A stretch of DNA of 64,000 nucleotides. Origin: Phycisphaerae bacterium (GTDB lineage: Bacteria; Planctomycetota; Phycisphaerae; Phycisphaerales; UBA1924). The notes beneath the pieces were generated by a model. The model had not been told where the DNA came from, did not search any database, and was given only the letters and a program-made list of their open reading frames with translations. The stretch spans positions 1 through 64,000 of the forward strand of contig JAUIES010000002.1 in the NCBI GenBank assembly GCA_030429705.1. The letters are read 5' to 3'. This document shows, in pieces, positions 8,607 to 16,799 of this stretch; position 1 is the first letter of the stretch, and the number at the start of each line of letters is the position of its first letter. The translations under genes and the position numbers were made by a program.

Positions 8607-8678
8607 GACCTCGTAGCTCTGTGGCAGAGCGATGTCCACATAAGGCATGTGTCGCAGGTTCGAGTCCTGCCGAAGCTA
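8607..8678 (+). ncRNA. degenerate tRNA-like element / pseudo-tRNA with CAU anticodon
   Basis: D-arm GCTC-TGTGGCA-GAGC; anticodon arm ATGTC-CACATAA-GGCAT with CAU anticodon but A33; T-arm GCAGG-TTCGAGT-CCTGC. Acceptor GACCTCG/CGAAGCT has two mismatches plus one G-U pair. No CCA. Confidence 0.5.
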
Positions 8679-8708
8679 TCAGTAAACTTATTTCGGAAGG
8701 AAATTCAC

Positions 8709-10205
8709 ATGAGCGAATCAAAGAGTCAGTTCGTTGAAACCGGAGAGGCGACCGCGATCCTCCCATTGCCGAACGGGCAGAAGCCCGTGACAGTCATCGG
8801 TACGCCTGCGATTCGCGCTACATTTGACGCAGGTTGCTTGAAGCAAACGGTCAACTCGGCAATGGCGCCAGGAGTATCTCACCTCGTGCTCAATCCCGAT
8901 GCCCACATCGGGTACGGAGCGCCGGTCGGGTGTGTGATGGCGAGTCCGACACATATCTATCCCGGGCCGGTCGGGGTCGACATCAAGTGTTCCATGAGTT
9001 TGCTCGCGGTCGATCTCGATGAAGATGCAATCCGCGACGCTCGAACGCGCCGTGCAATCATCAACGCGATCTGTGAGCGCACGCCGACCGGTACTGGAAA
9101 AGGCCAGCGCAGTGTTCCGATGTCGCGAAGTGTCTCGGATCTTCTCGGGTTTCAAGTTGTCACTGAAGGCGCAACCGAATCGGTGTGCAACGCGCTGGGT
9201 ATTCCTCCAGCATGGGCGGATCGTTGTGAAGACAGCCAGCATTCGGGACATGATGGGACGACAGATGCGCTGCGGGCGCGCCTCGAACTGCATCGGCAAA
9301 ACGGCCGATTCGACGAACGATTCCCAAGTAAGATCCGTCAACTCGGTTCCTACGGAGGTGGGAACCACTTCGGTGAGTGCGAAGTTGTGCGCGTTGGCGA
9401 AGGAGATCGTGCTCGACAGGCGGCAGAAGTGTTCGGCCTCCGCGACGGTGGCGTTGCGTTTCTTTCGCACTGTGGTTCACGAGGCCTTGGGCATGACTTG
9501 GCAGCGGGTCAGTTCAAGTCGCTTGAGCAGCATTTCACGCAGTGGGGTATCCCATTGCCCGGCGGCGACAAGCAACTCGTCCACGCACCTCTCGGCAGTG
9601 ACGAAGCCAACAGCTATCTCGACGACATGGCGATTGGTGCCAACTTCGCGACGGTGAATCATTTGCTCATCAACGCGCTCGTCCTCGAAGCATTTCAAAC
9701 GGTTTTTCCCGGAGTGGATGGGCGTCTCGTGTACTTTATCAGCCACAACATCGCGCGAGAAGAGATCGTGGACAACACGCCGCAGTGGGTGCATCGGAAG
9801 GGCGCAACTCGGGCTTTCCCGGGCGGGCATCACGCGCTCAAAAGTACACCGTTCGAATCGACTGGGCATCCGATCCTGCTTCCGGGGAATCCGCAGGCGG
9901 GCTCGGCGGTGATGGTCGCGAATGCTGGCGCAGAAGCTTCGTGTTTCAGTGTCAACCATGGCGCGGGCCGCGTCATGGGTCGTAAGGCGGCGAAGCGAGC
10001 GCTCGACCAAGATGCAATCGACGCATCGTTCGAAGACCGAGACATTCTGACCAATTGTCGGAACTACCCGGTCGACGAAGCGCCAGCAGCGTACAAGGAT
10101 TTTGATGAAGTGCTCCGATCAGTCGAACTTGCAGGACTTGCGAGTGAAGTCGCAAGACTCGATGCTAGGTTTGTCATTAAGGATGGAGACAAAGCGGATG
10201 ATTAA
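8709..10205 (+). CDS. rtcB: RNA-splicing ligase RtcB
   Basis: Motifs collinear with E. coli RtcB: HIGYGAPVGCV, GVDIKCSM, SYGGGNHFGECE, HCGSRGLGH, FSVNHGAGRVMGRKAAKRAL, PAAYKDFDEV. Start chosen at ATG 8709 (SD GGAAGGA). The upstream in-frame GTG at 8649 lies inside the tRNA-like element. Confidence 0.95.
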   Translation: MSESKSQFVETGEATAILPLPNGQKPVTVIGTPAIRATFDAGCLKQTVNSAMAPGVSHLVLNPDAHIGYGAPVGCVMASPTHIYPGPVGVDIKCSMSLLAVDLDEDAIRDARTRRAIINAICERTPTGTGKGQRSVPMSRSVSDLLGFQVVTEGATESVCNALGIPPAWADRCEDSQHSGHDGTTDALRARLELHRQNGRFDERFPSKIRQLGSYGGGNHFGECEVVRVGEGDRARQAAEVFGLRDGGVAFLSHCGSRGLGHDLAAGQFKSLEQHFTQWGIPLPGGDKQLVHAPLGSDEANSYLDDMAIGANFATVNHLLINALVLEAFQTVFPGVDGRLVYFISHNIAREEIVDNTPQWVHRKGATRAFPGGHHALKSTPFESTGHPILLPGNPQAGSAVMVANAGAEASCFSVNHGAGRVMGRKAAKRALDQDAIDASFEDRDILTNCRNYPVDEAPAAYKDFDEVLRSVELAGLASEVARLDARFVIKDGDKADD

Positions 10206-11217
10206 CATCGACGGCAGTCAAGGTGAGGGGGGCGGACAGGTATTGCGCACCTCTCTCGCATTATCGACAGTAACCGGTATGCCATTTCGAATTGAGAGCA
10301 TACGGGCAGGCCGTCCCAGGCCAGGTCTGATGCGGCAGCACTTGACATCGGTTCAGGCCGCATGTGCGGTATGCAGCGGTACGGCTGCTGGAGCCGAGTT
10401 GGGTTCGAGTACTCTTGAGTTCACACCCGGCGAGGTGCGTGGGGGGGACTACGCATTCGCGATTGGAACGGCGGGCAGCACTACGCTTGTTTTGCAGACA
10501 ATACTGCCCGCATTGATGACCGCGCGAGGCCCTTCGACTATAACCATATCCGGCGGAACGCACAACATGCATGCACCGACTGTACACTTTCTTGAACGTG
10601 CATTCCTTCCAATAGTGCGCCGGATGGGACCGTCAGTATGTATTGATCTGCTGCGACATGGTTTCCATCCGGCCGGCGGTGGCGTGATATGTGTCAATAT
10701 AGAACCGGTGCTTCGATTGCAACCCATCGAGTTGCTTGACGCAGCGCCTGTCACCGCACGACGTGCCATCGTGACAATCTCTGGTCTACCGGGTTCGATC
10801 GCAAAGCGGGAATTGGCGGTCGTTCGCAATGAGCTCGGTTGGTCGAAAGAATGCCTGCAGATCAATCAGATCAGCGACGAGGCGGGGCCGGGAAACATTT
10901 TGAGCATAGAGATCGAACGCGAAGATTTGACCGAGGTATTTACGGGTTTTGGCGAGCGCGGCGTGTCCGCGGAGCGAGTCGCAGCGAGGACGATCAAGGA
11001 AGTGCGGCGATATCTGGATTCAAATGTACTTGTTTGGCGTCATCTCGCGGACCAGTTGATGCTACCCATGGCGATTGCGGGAGGAGGGGCCTTTCAGACC
11101 TGTTCACTCAGCGATCATGCAACAACAAACGCAAAGGTGATCGAGTCGTTCCTGAGCTTGAAACTCCAAAGTGATGATAACGATGATGGAACATGCTGTG
11201 TGAGGATTCTCAGTTAG
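10198..11217 (+). CDS. rtcA: RNA 3'-terminal phosphate cyclase RtcA
   Basis: 339 aa starting MINIDGSQGEGGGQVLRTSLALS, collinear with RtcA. Start overlaps the rtcB stop in ATGATTAA (translational coupling). Confidence 0.9.
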   Translation: MINIDGSQGEGGGQVLRTSLALSTVTGMPFRIESIRAGRPRPGLMRQHLTSVQAACAVCSGTAAGAELGSSTLEFTPGEVRGGDYAFAIGTAGSTTLVLQTILPALMTARGPSTITISGGTHNMHAPTVHFLERAFLPIVRRMGPSVCIDLLRHGFHPAGGGVICVNIEPVLRLQPIELLDAAPVTARRAIVTISGLPGSIAKRELAVVRNELGWSKECLQINQISDEAGPGNILSIEIEREDLTEVFTGFGERGVSAERVAARTIKEVRRYLDSNVLVWRHLADQLMLPMAIAGGGAFQTCSLSDHATTNAKVIESFLSLKLQSDDNDDGTCCVRILS

Positions 11218-12002
11218 AATCGCGAGCAGAGCACCTCACACGCACCCAAAGTTGACTTTTTCAGCCCATAGTAAATGCAGACAACGCGCGTGGGGACCGA
11301 TTATCAAGCCCGGCTCCAGCATTGTGTGATTGGGGTGTTGGTATCGGTACCATTCGATCCGGCTTCCAATCCTGAACTAGAGGTTAGACGAGCCTTACCA
11401 ATTGCCGGACAGTGGTATCGAAAACCAATCCAACTACCCACTCCCGAGATGATCGGCGCCATCGATGACAATGCAAGGGATCTGGTAACACGCTCCAGGT
11501 TTTGCCGCAGTGGCTGGCGTGGCGGTCGGGTGGGCTTCGTAGCCCTCAAGGGATTGACCTCGCGAGAACAGATCACAGCTCTCCGCTGAATATCGCGGGT
11601 CCGACGCGGTAAGAGATGATCGGCAGCGGGCTACTCTCACGCACGCGGTCGGTGTGCAGGTTTGAGCGTGACGCGGAGTTGGACTCGCCAAGCGCGGCCG
11701 CTGGCCTAGACACCGGCCGCCGCGCACACGGCTTAGTCGAATGGTGAAACGCGAAGGGCAAGACGCTCGACGAAGTGTACCATCAGCTGGATTCACACCA
11801 AACTCGAAACTGGATCCCAAGAGCACCCACATCCGAACCCCGTCGTTAACCGAGGCCTCGCGCTCTCTGTTTCGGAGTGAGAGCGCAGCCGCTCAAATCA
11901 CCGAGACTCTAAATTTGGCATCGTGGCTAGCGATCTCAATTCAACTACGAGAACCAAATCACCCCCCACAGGCGTTCAGTGGGGGCGGTGTTCCAGCTCT
12001 CC

Positions 12003-12040
12003 CAGTCAACAAACAGGCCCGCATCCATTGGACACGGGCC
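12003..12040 (-). terminator. rho-independent terminator of tRNA-Asn
   Basis: Stem GGCCCG/CGGGCC with a 13-nt loop at 12016-12040, followed on the minus strand by TGTTTGTTG. Confidence 0.5.
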
Positions 12041-12046
12041 TTGAAG

Positions 12047-12118
12047 CTCCCCGAGTAGGACTCGAACCTACAACCTAGCGGTTAACAGCCGCTCGCTCTA
12101 CCATTGAGCTATCGGGGA
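12047..12118 (-). tRNA. tRNA-Asn (anticodon GUU), CCA not encoded
   Basis: Reverse complement folds: acceptor TCCCCGA/TCGGGGA; D-arm GCTC-AATGGTA-GAGC; anticodon arm AGCGG-CTGTTAA-CCGCT; T-arm GTAGG-TTCGAGT-CCTAC; discriminator G. Confidence 0.8.
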
Positions 12119-12259
12119 ATCGGATGTCGAATCGGAACGAGTTTGAACACTCGTTCATCGGCAGATAGCCTATCCTCAATCGACCCAGAATCAAGTTCCG
12201 AATTCCTGTCGTTCTCGTTGCTCCGACGGGTTGTCGGAACTGTGCTGATTGTACAACGT

Positions 12260-13735
12260 ATGAATGCACCGATGCATCTCCGGTTCTTCACCATTTTCGC
12301 GTTTCTGATCGGGTTCCATTCGCCAGCATGCGCGGACCCGGAACGCGTGTTTCAGGTGGGCGGCGAAACCCCCGGAAAGGTGGTTTTCGCAATCGAGCAC
12401 GCTGAGCCGGATGCACTTGGTTCCGATACCTCGATGGGCCGGGTCCTCGCTGGCATTCTCGCCGTTGAAGAAGGCAGATCTGCGGTCAGCCGCGTTAGTC
12501 GGCTTGTCGAACGGAACACCCGGCCTCGATCATCCGCCACGATAGAAGAGTTGATCACCGTCGCGTGGTTGTACGCTTCGGCAACCGACGGCTCGAAACC
12601 CATCACCAAACGCGTGGCAATCGGTCTCACGAGCGACGGTTGGTTGCTTGCTCGAGAAATTGATGACGAGGGCGATGGTGTCGATCTCGCTCGATTGAAT
12701 GACAAGCGGTTCGCAATGCTCAGTGCCGAATGGCCGCGGTATCGGCGTCCATATGGTGCGCCTCCGACTGATCCGTTCGGGCACATGGTCGAACTCGCCA
12801 AGCCGTATGTCCCGTCGAGAATCGTCTTGGATTCGGACGAGTTGCGACGACGCATCTATGGCCGAGCCCCAACGGAGGTCCCGCCGCTTGACCGCGATCT
12901 GGATTCGGAACGGATGTTCATTCGGTTGCCAGTCGAGTTTGATCCGAAGGTGCCCGCAGGGTTGCTGGTCTGGATCCACGCGGTCAACTCAGGGCAACAG
13001 CCGCTTCAGGTTTTTGCGCCTGCCTTGGATGAGTTTGGCTTGATCTGCGTGAGTGTCGAGAATGCCGGAAACACGCGTGAGATCGTTGATCGTCTGCAAC
13101 TGATGCTCGATGCTGTTGAAACTGTGGGGGCTCGGTACCTTCTCGATGACGACCGAATCTATGCGACGGGCATATCAGGTGGGGGACGATCGAGTTCGAT
13201 GCTCTGGGCATGTTTTTCCGATGTGTTCACAGGCGCGGTGCCGATTGTCGGTCTGAACAGTTATGATCTAGCCCCGACTGGCACTGGTCAGGCATGGCCG
13301 AAGAACTTCATGAAACCCCGCGGCCGATCGTGGGCGTTGCTCAAGACACATCGACTTGCCGCGATTACCGGCCGCAATGATTTCAACGAGCCCGAGATGA
13401 AAGTGCGCATCAACGCGATGGCGCGCGACGGGCTCGATGTGCGTCTGGTGGATCAACCTGACATGGCTCATGAAATGCCCACACCGGAGACATTTTTGGA
13501 CGCGCTCGGTTGGGTCGAAGAGGCAGCACATACGAGGCAAGCCGAGCAGGAAGAGTCAGCACGGCAGTTGCTTGGACGCGCTGAAGCAGTGTCTGATGCG
13601 GCACGCAGCAAGTTGCTTTTGAAAGCAGTTGAGATGGCGCCGTGGAGCCAGGCCGCGTTTGATGCGATAGCGCTGCTTGATGCCATTGGCGATGATCAGC
13701 AGTCTGATCAACTGTCTGTCGGTCCTGATGGCTGA
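12260..13735 (+). CDS. secreted alpha/beta-hydrolase (esterase/depolymerase-like)
   Basis: Signal peptide MNAPMHLRFFTIFAFLIGFHSPACA. Nucleophile elbow GISGGG. Start moved to ATG 12260; the longer ORF would overlap tRNA-Asn. Confidence 0.75.
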   Translation: MNAPMHLRFFTIFAFLIGFHSPACADPERVFQVGGETPGKVVFAIEHAEPDALGSDTSMGRVLAGILAVEEGRSAVSRVSRLVERNTRPRSSATIEELITVAWLYASATDGSKPITKRVAIGLTSDGWLLAREIDDEGDGVDLARLNDKRFAMLSAEWPRYRRPYGAPPTDPFGHMVELAKPYVPSRIVLDSDELRRRIYGRAPTEVPPLDRDLDSERMFIRLPVEFDPKVPAGLLVWIHAVNSGQQPLQVFAPALDEFGLICVSVENAGNTREIVDRLQLMLDAVETVGARYLLDDDRIYATGISGGGRSSSMLWACFSDVFTGAVPIVGLNSYDLAPTGTGQAWPKNFMKPRGRSWALLKTHRLAAITGRNDFNEPEMKVRINAMARDGLDVRLVDQPDMAHEMPTPETFLDALGWVEEAAHTRQAEQEESARQLLGRAEAVSDAARSKLLLKAVEMAPWSQAAFDAIALLDAIGDDQQSDQLSVGPDG

Positions 13736-13753
13736 GACTCGGATTTCCGCAAA

Positions 13754-14194
13754 CTAGAAATCAAGCCGGCTGCCTGGGATATCGTCGCCAGCGAACGAAT
13801 CATCATCATTGTCGTGAGGCGATTGTGGCCCGTTCGACGGGCGAGGTCCATCGCTTTGGCCTGATGCGGATGAGCCGAACGAATCGTCGTCATCGTCAGA
13901 ATCCTCTTCGTACCAGGTGCTCTCGTCAGCCTCGTCGTCATCATCGTCTTCGTATTCGTCAGACCGCTTTTCGTATTCGATACGGTCAGCGGAGGCCTTC
14001 CAGACATCAACATGCTTCGTCGGTTGAGATGCCTGCGGTAGCCTCTTCGCTTTGTATCGTCGGAGAGCAGCGTACAGGATCAGACTGGTGAAGACAGCGA
14101 CCGCAAGCCCGAGGACAACCAATGCCAGCGCCGCACCACGAGCGATCGCTTGTTGACGGGCAGCGTCTTGCGAGATTTCAGCCAGGATATCCAC
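13754..14194 (-). CDS. membrane-anchored, highly acidic (D/E-rich) small protein
   Basis: 146 aa. One TM helix (ALALVVLGLAVAVFTSLILYAAL) then a long D/E tract. Directly downstream of the anti-sigma gene. Confidence 0.45.
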   Translation of the reverse strand: MDILAEISQDAARQQAIARGAALALVVLGLAVAVFTSLILYAALRRYKAKRLPQASQPTKHVDVWKASADRIEYEKRSDEYEDDDDDEADESTWYEEDSDDDDDSFGSSASGQSDGPRPSNGPQSPHDNDDDSFAGDDIPGSRLDF

Positions 14195-14300
14195 GACGAA
14201 ACGCTAGGGCATCGAATTCGATTCGGTCGGCTCGGTTGCAAAATCGAGTGCGAGGCATCGCCTTGAGCGGTCGAGCTCGGTGGTGTCATATCTGGTCGGT

Positions 14301-14786
14301 TCAGGAGGCTGCCAGTTGGTGAGACAGCAGATGCGTTTCGTCAAGAAGTCCCGTGGGATCCGATTGGTCGGGGTCGGTTTTGACGGGCTCCGAGTCCCAG
14401 CGGACAAGTTGGGCTTGCCCATCAATGATGGCGAGTCCAGCCTGTTCGCCAGCCTCGGCGAGCAATTCGACGAGTTCGTCATCAGAAATAGCCCGTTCGG
14501 TCACCCGCTGTGCAAACTCGCCTGTGTGTGTTTGGTTCACTTGGTCTTCAGTCATCTGAATCGATGTTGCCAGCCCCTCACTTTCGCCAGTCTTTGACGC
14601 GGGATTGTTCGGAGCTGTGACCAGCCACCCAAGCATGAACACCAAACCCATGCAGCCGATCGAGATCGCCGCCCGAGTTCGTTGTCGCGTGCGACGGCGC
14701 TCGATGGATCTGTTGAGCATCGCATCGCGGATCACCAGTTTACGGGTGGCTCTGAGCGAGCTCTGATCGGTCTGATCAATCGACAT
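14301..14786 (-). CDS. putative membrane anti-sigma factor
   Basis: Start MSIDQTDQ overlaps the sigma stop. One TM helix (ISIGCMGLVFMLGWLV). Position is typical for an ECF anti-sigma. Confidence 0.55.
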   Translation of the reverse strand: MSIDQTDQSSLRATRKLVIRDAMLNRSIERRRTRQRTRAAISIGCMGLVFMLGWLVTAPNNPASKTGESEGLATSIQMTEDQVNQTHTGEFAQRVTERAISDDELVELLAEAGEQAGLAIIDGQAQLVRWDSEPVKTDPDQSDPTGLLDETHLLSHQLAAS

Positions 14787-15369
14787 GTTCGTCCTCTCTG
14801 ATGATGTCTTCGCGCCTGTCACGCAGACTGGCGAGTATCCGGCGCAATCGGCCATGGATACTCCCGGTTGAGCGTCCCAGGCTTGTTCCGATTTCGCGCA
14901 GTGTCATGGCGCCTCCAAATCTCGCTCGCACAAGCAGCTGGTCGTCTGCGCTGAGTCGCCCAAGTTCGCGGGTGATCCACTCGATCTGCGCGTCATCGGT
15001 TGCATCAACCCTCGCGCCACTCTGGCTCACTCGTTCACGCCGAGTTCTCCGCCGTTCGCTTCGCAAGGCATCCATGGCGGCGTTGTAGACGACTCGCCAC
15101 ATCCACCGTTCCATGTCTGCGTGCGTGAGAAGGGGGGGCATTTTGCCGGCGACCCGCACCATGATCTCCTGAACAACATCAAGGCAGAACGACTCGTCGC
15201 GAGCCGTCGCGCGTGCTGCAGCGTTGAGTGTCCAGTCAAACCACGAATCGAAAAAGTCTGCGACCGCAGCCGGGTCGCCGCGCGCGACACCGAGCGAGAG
15301 AATTCTCGCTCGAGCGTCTTCGGCGCTTTCGTCCGCGATGTGGGGTTGTGCGATTGCCACGAGTGGCAT
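14776..15369 (-). CDS. ECF-type RNA polymerase sigma factor
   Basis: About 197 aa from MPLVAIAQ. Regions 2 and 4 (DPAAVADFFDSWFDWTLNAA...; MTLREIGTSLGRSTGSIHGRLRR). Confidence 0.85.
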   Translation of the reverse strand: MPLVAIAQPHIADESAEDARARILSLGVARGDPAAVADFFDSWFDWTLNAAARATARDESFCLDVVQEIMVRVAGKMPPLLTHADMERWMWRVVYNAAMDALRSERRRTRRERVSQSGARVDATDDAQIEWITRELGRLSADDQLLVRARFGGAMTLREIGTSLGRSTGSIHGRLRRILASLRDRREDIIREDEHVD

Positions 15370-15388
15370 GGGGGTGAACGCTAGATCA

Positions 15389-16606
15389 CTACGAACCGCT
15401 GACCAAGTTGCACATCGCTTTGAAATGTTTGGCTGCCTCTTGATCACCTTCAAATTCTACCGTGAGTGCGTGCAATTTGCTATCTGAATTTTTCTTCATG
15501 CTGAGCACGGAGATAGAAGCATTGGAACCAGATGATTTGAGTAGGTCACTCAGAACCTGAAAAAGCTTGGCCGTCGTCTCCAGTTGAGGAGTCCTGATCT
15601 CGACGGTGGTTGATGTTGTCGTTGCCTGGGCAGCGTGTTTCTGAGCAAGCATGTCATATTCTGACTGTAACGCGTCATATTGTGTACGCAGGACCTGCAA
15701 CTCTGACTGGGCGAGTTCCCGTTGCAACATGGCAGCGTCGAGTGCACGCTTTGATTCGAGCACTTGCTGCTGTGAAGCGAAGTCTTTCTCAGCAAGCGCC
15801 ATCGTTTGATCAAGTTGCTCGGCGGCAGCTTGGATCTCCATCTCGGAACGGCGGATCTGGTTTTCTCCACTGATCAATCGTTGCTTGAGAATGTCTGACT
15901 GCTGCTGATAGCGACGCTGCATTTCCTGCACAGTCCGCGTGTCAGTCCGTATCGCGTCGAGCGTTTGCTCTGCGACGACCTGTTGTTGAAGGTTGCCTCG
16001 AACGATGAGAACACCACTCGATTCGTGGTGCAGCACTTCGGCTGCCGAAGCGCTGTCGTCGGCTTCGAGCGCCGTCCGCATCGCGTCGAGCAAGACTTTG
16101 TAAGTCACCTGGTCATTGTCGACGAAGTCTCGAACTGAGTACACACGCAACATCGGTGGCTGCTGGCGGGCATCGCGTGCCGAGCCGCCGCCACTTCCAT
16201 CCCGCGCTCCAGCCGACTTGATGGCTAAAGGTTTGGCTTCAATCACGATGATGGGCGCACCGCCAGAGCGGACCAAATCCAAGTCAGTGAGCCCGCGCGG
16301 GCACGCCGCCTCAAATGCCGCTTCGGGTGTCACGCGACGCAGGACAACTGCGGGGATCGGGATGCCTTTGGCTTCATCGCGAAGAATCACATTGATCGGT
16401 GTTGGGTCGGTGGCCTGTTGTTCGGCTGCCTTCTGCATTGCGACGACAAACTCCGCCAGCGTGCCTCCTCCGAACGAGATATCCATCAACCTCACGGACT
16501 GAAAATTCGCACGACTGCTAGCTTCTTGAGCAGGTGTGATTGCGACCGGGACAGTAAGGACACTGAGGCCCACGAGGGCGGCGGTGAGTGTACGGCGGAT
16601 GGTCAT
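15389..16606 (-). CDS. secreted coiled-coil protein, upstream in the sigma operon
   Basis: Signal peptide MTIRRTLTAALVGLSVLTVPVAITPAQ. Long Q/E-rich coiled-coil. Confidence 0.55.
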   Translation of the reverse strand: MTIRRTLTAALVGLSVLTVPVAITPAQEASSRANFQSVRLMDISFGGGTLAEFVVAMQKAAEQQATDPTPINVILRDEAKGIPIPAVVLRRVTPEAAFEAACPRGLTDLDLVRSGGAPIIVIEAKPLAIKSAGARDGSGGGSARDARQQPPMLRVYSVRDFVDNDQVTYKVLLDAMRTALEADDSASAAEVLHHESSGVLIVRGNLQQQVVAEQTLDAIRTDTRTVQEMQRRYQQQSDILKQRLISGENQIRRSEMEIQAAAEQLDQTMALAEKDFASQQQVLESKRALDAAMLQRELAQSELQVLRTQYDALQSEYDMLAQKHAAQATTTSTTVEIRTPQLETTAKLFQVLSDLLKSSGSNASISVLSMKKNSDSKLHALTVEFEGDQEAAKHFKAMCNLVSGS

Positions 16607-16799
16607 GATTGGGTCTCCTAGTTGGTTCAGGAGACCAAACGCCGCCGAATCGCGCGTGTGGCGCGGACACGTCACAAATTTTGTGGAATCTGGGTCAATT
16701 GATCGACCAGAAGGACTCCAAAAATGCTCCTGCTCGCGGCTGAGAAGTTCGGGCTTTCGAAGCCGCGCGAAGTGAACAGACTCGTCCTACGCTCAGACC

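Noticed and set aside
8649-8708. GTG start extending RtcB by 20 codons
   Set aside because: The extension lies inside the tRNA-like element and lacks an SD. The ATG at 8709 has a GGAAGGA SD and matches the RtcB N-terminus.
8557-8766. 69-aa minus-strand ORF containing AGLEPATHAL
   Set aside because: Reverse-frame translation of the tRNA-like T-arm. Not a gene.
11218-12046. Possible RNase P RNA, tmRNA or SRP RNA in the rtcA / tRNA-Asn gap (fragments such as GCGGTAAGAG and GGTGAAACGC)
   Set aside because: The conserved RNase P P4 motifs (GGAAAGTCCGG; ACAGAACCCGGCTTA) are absent and the partial matches are in the wrong order. No tmRNA tRNA-like ends or SRP domain IV motif. Kept only as an unexplained structured gap.
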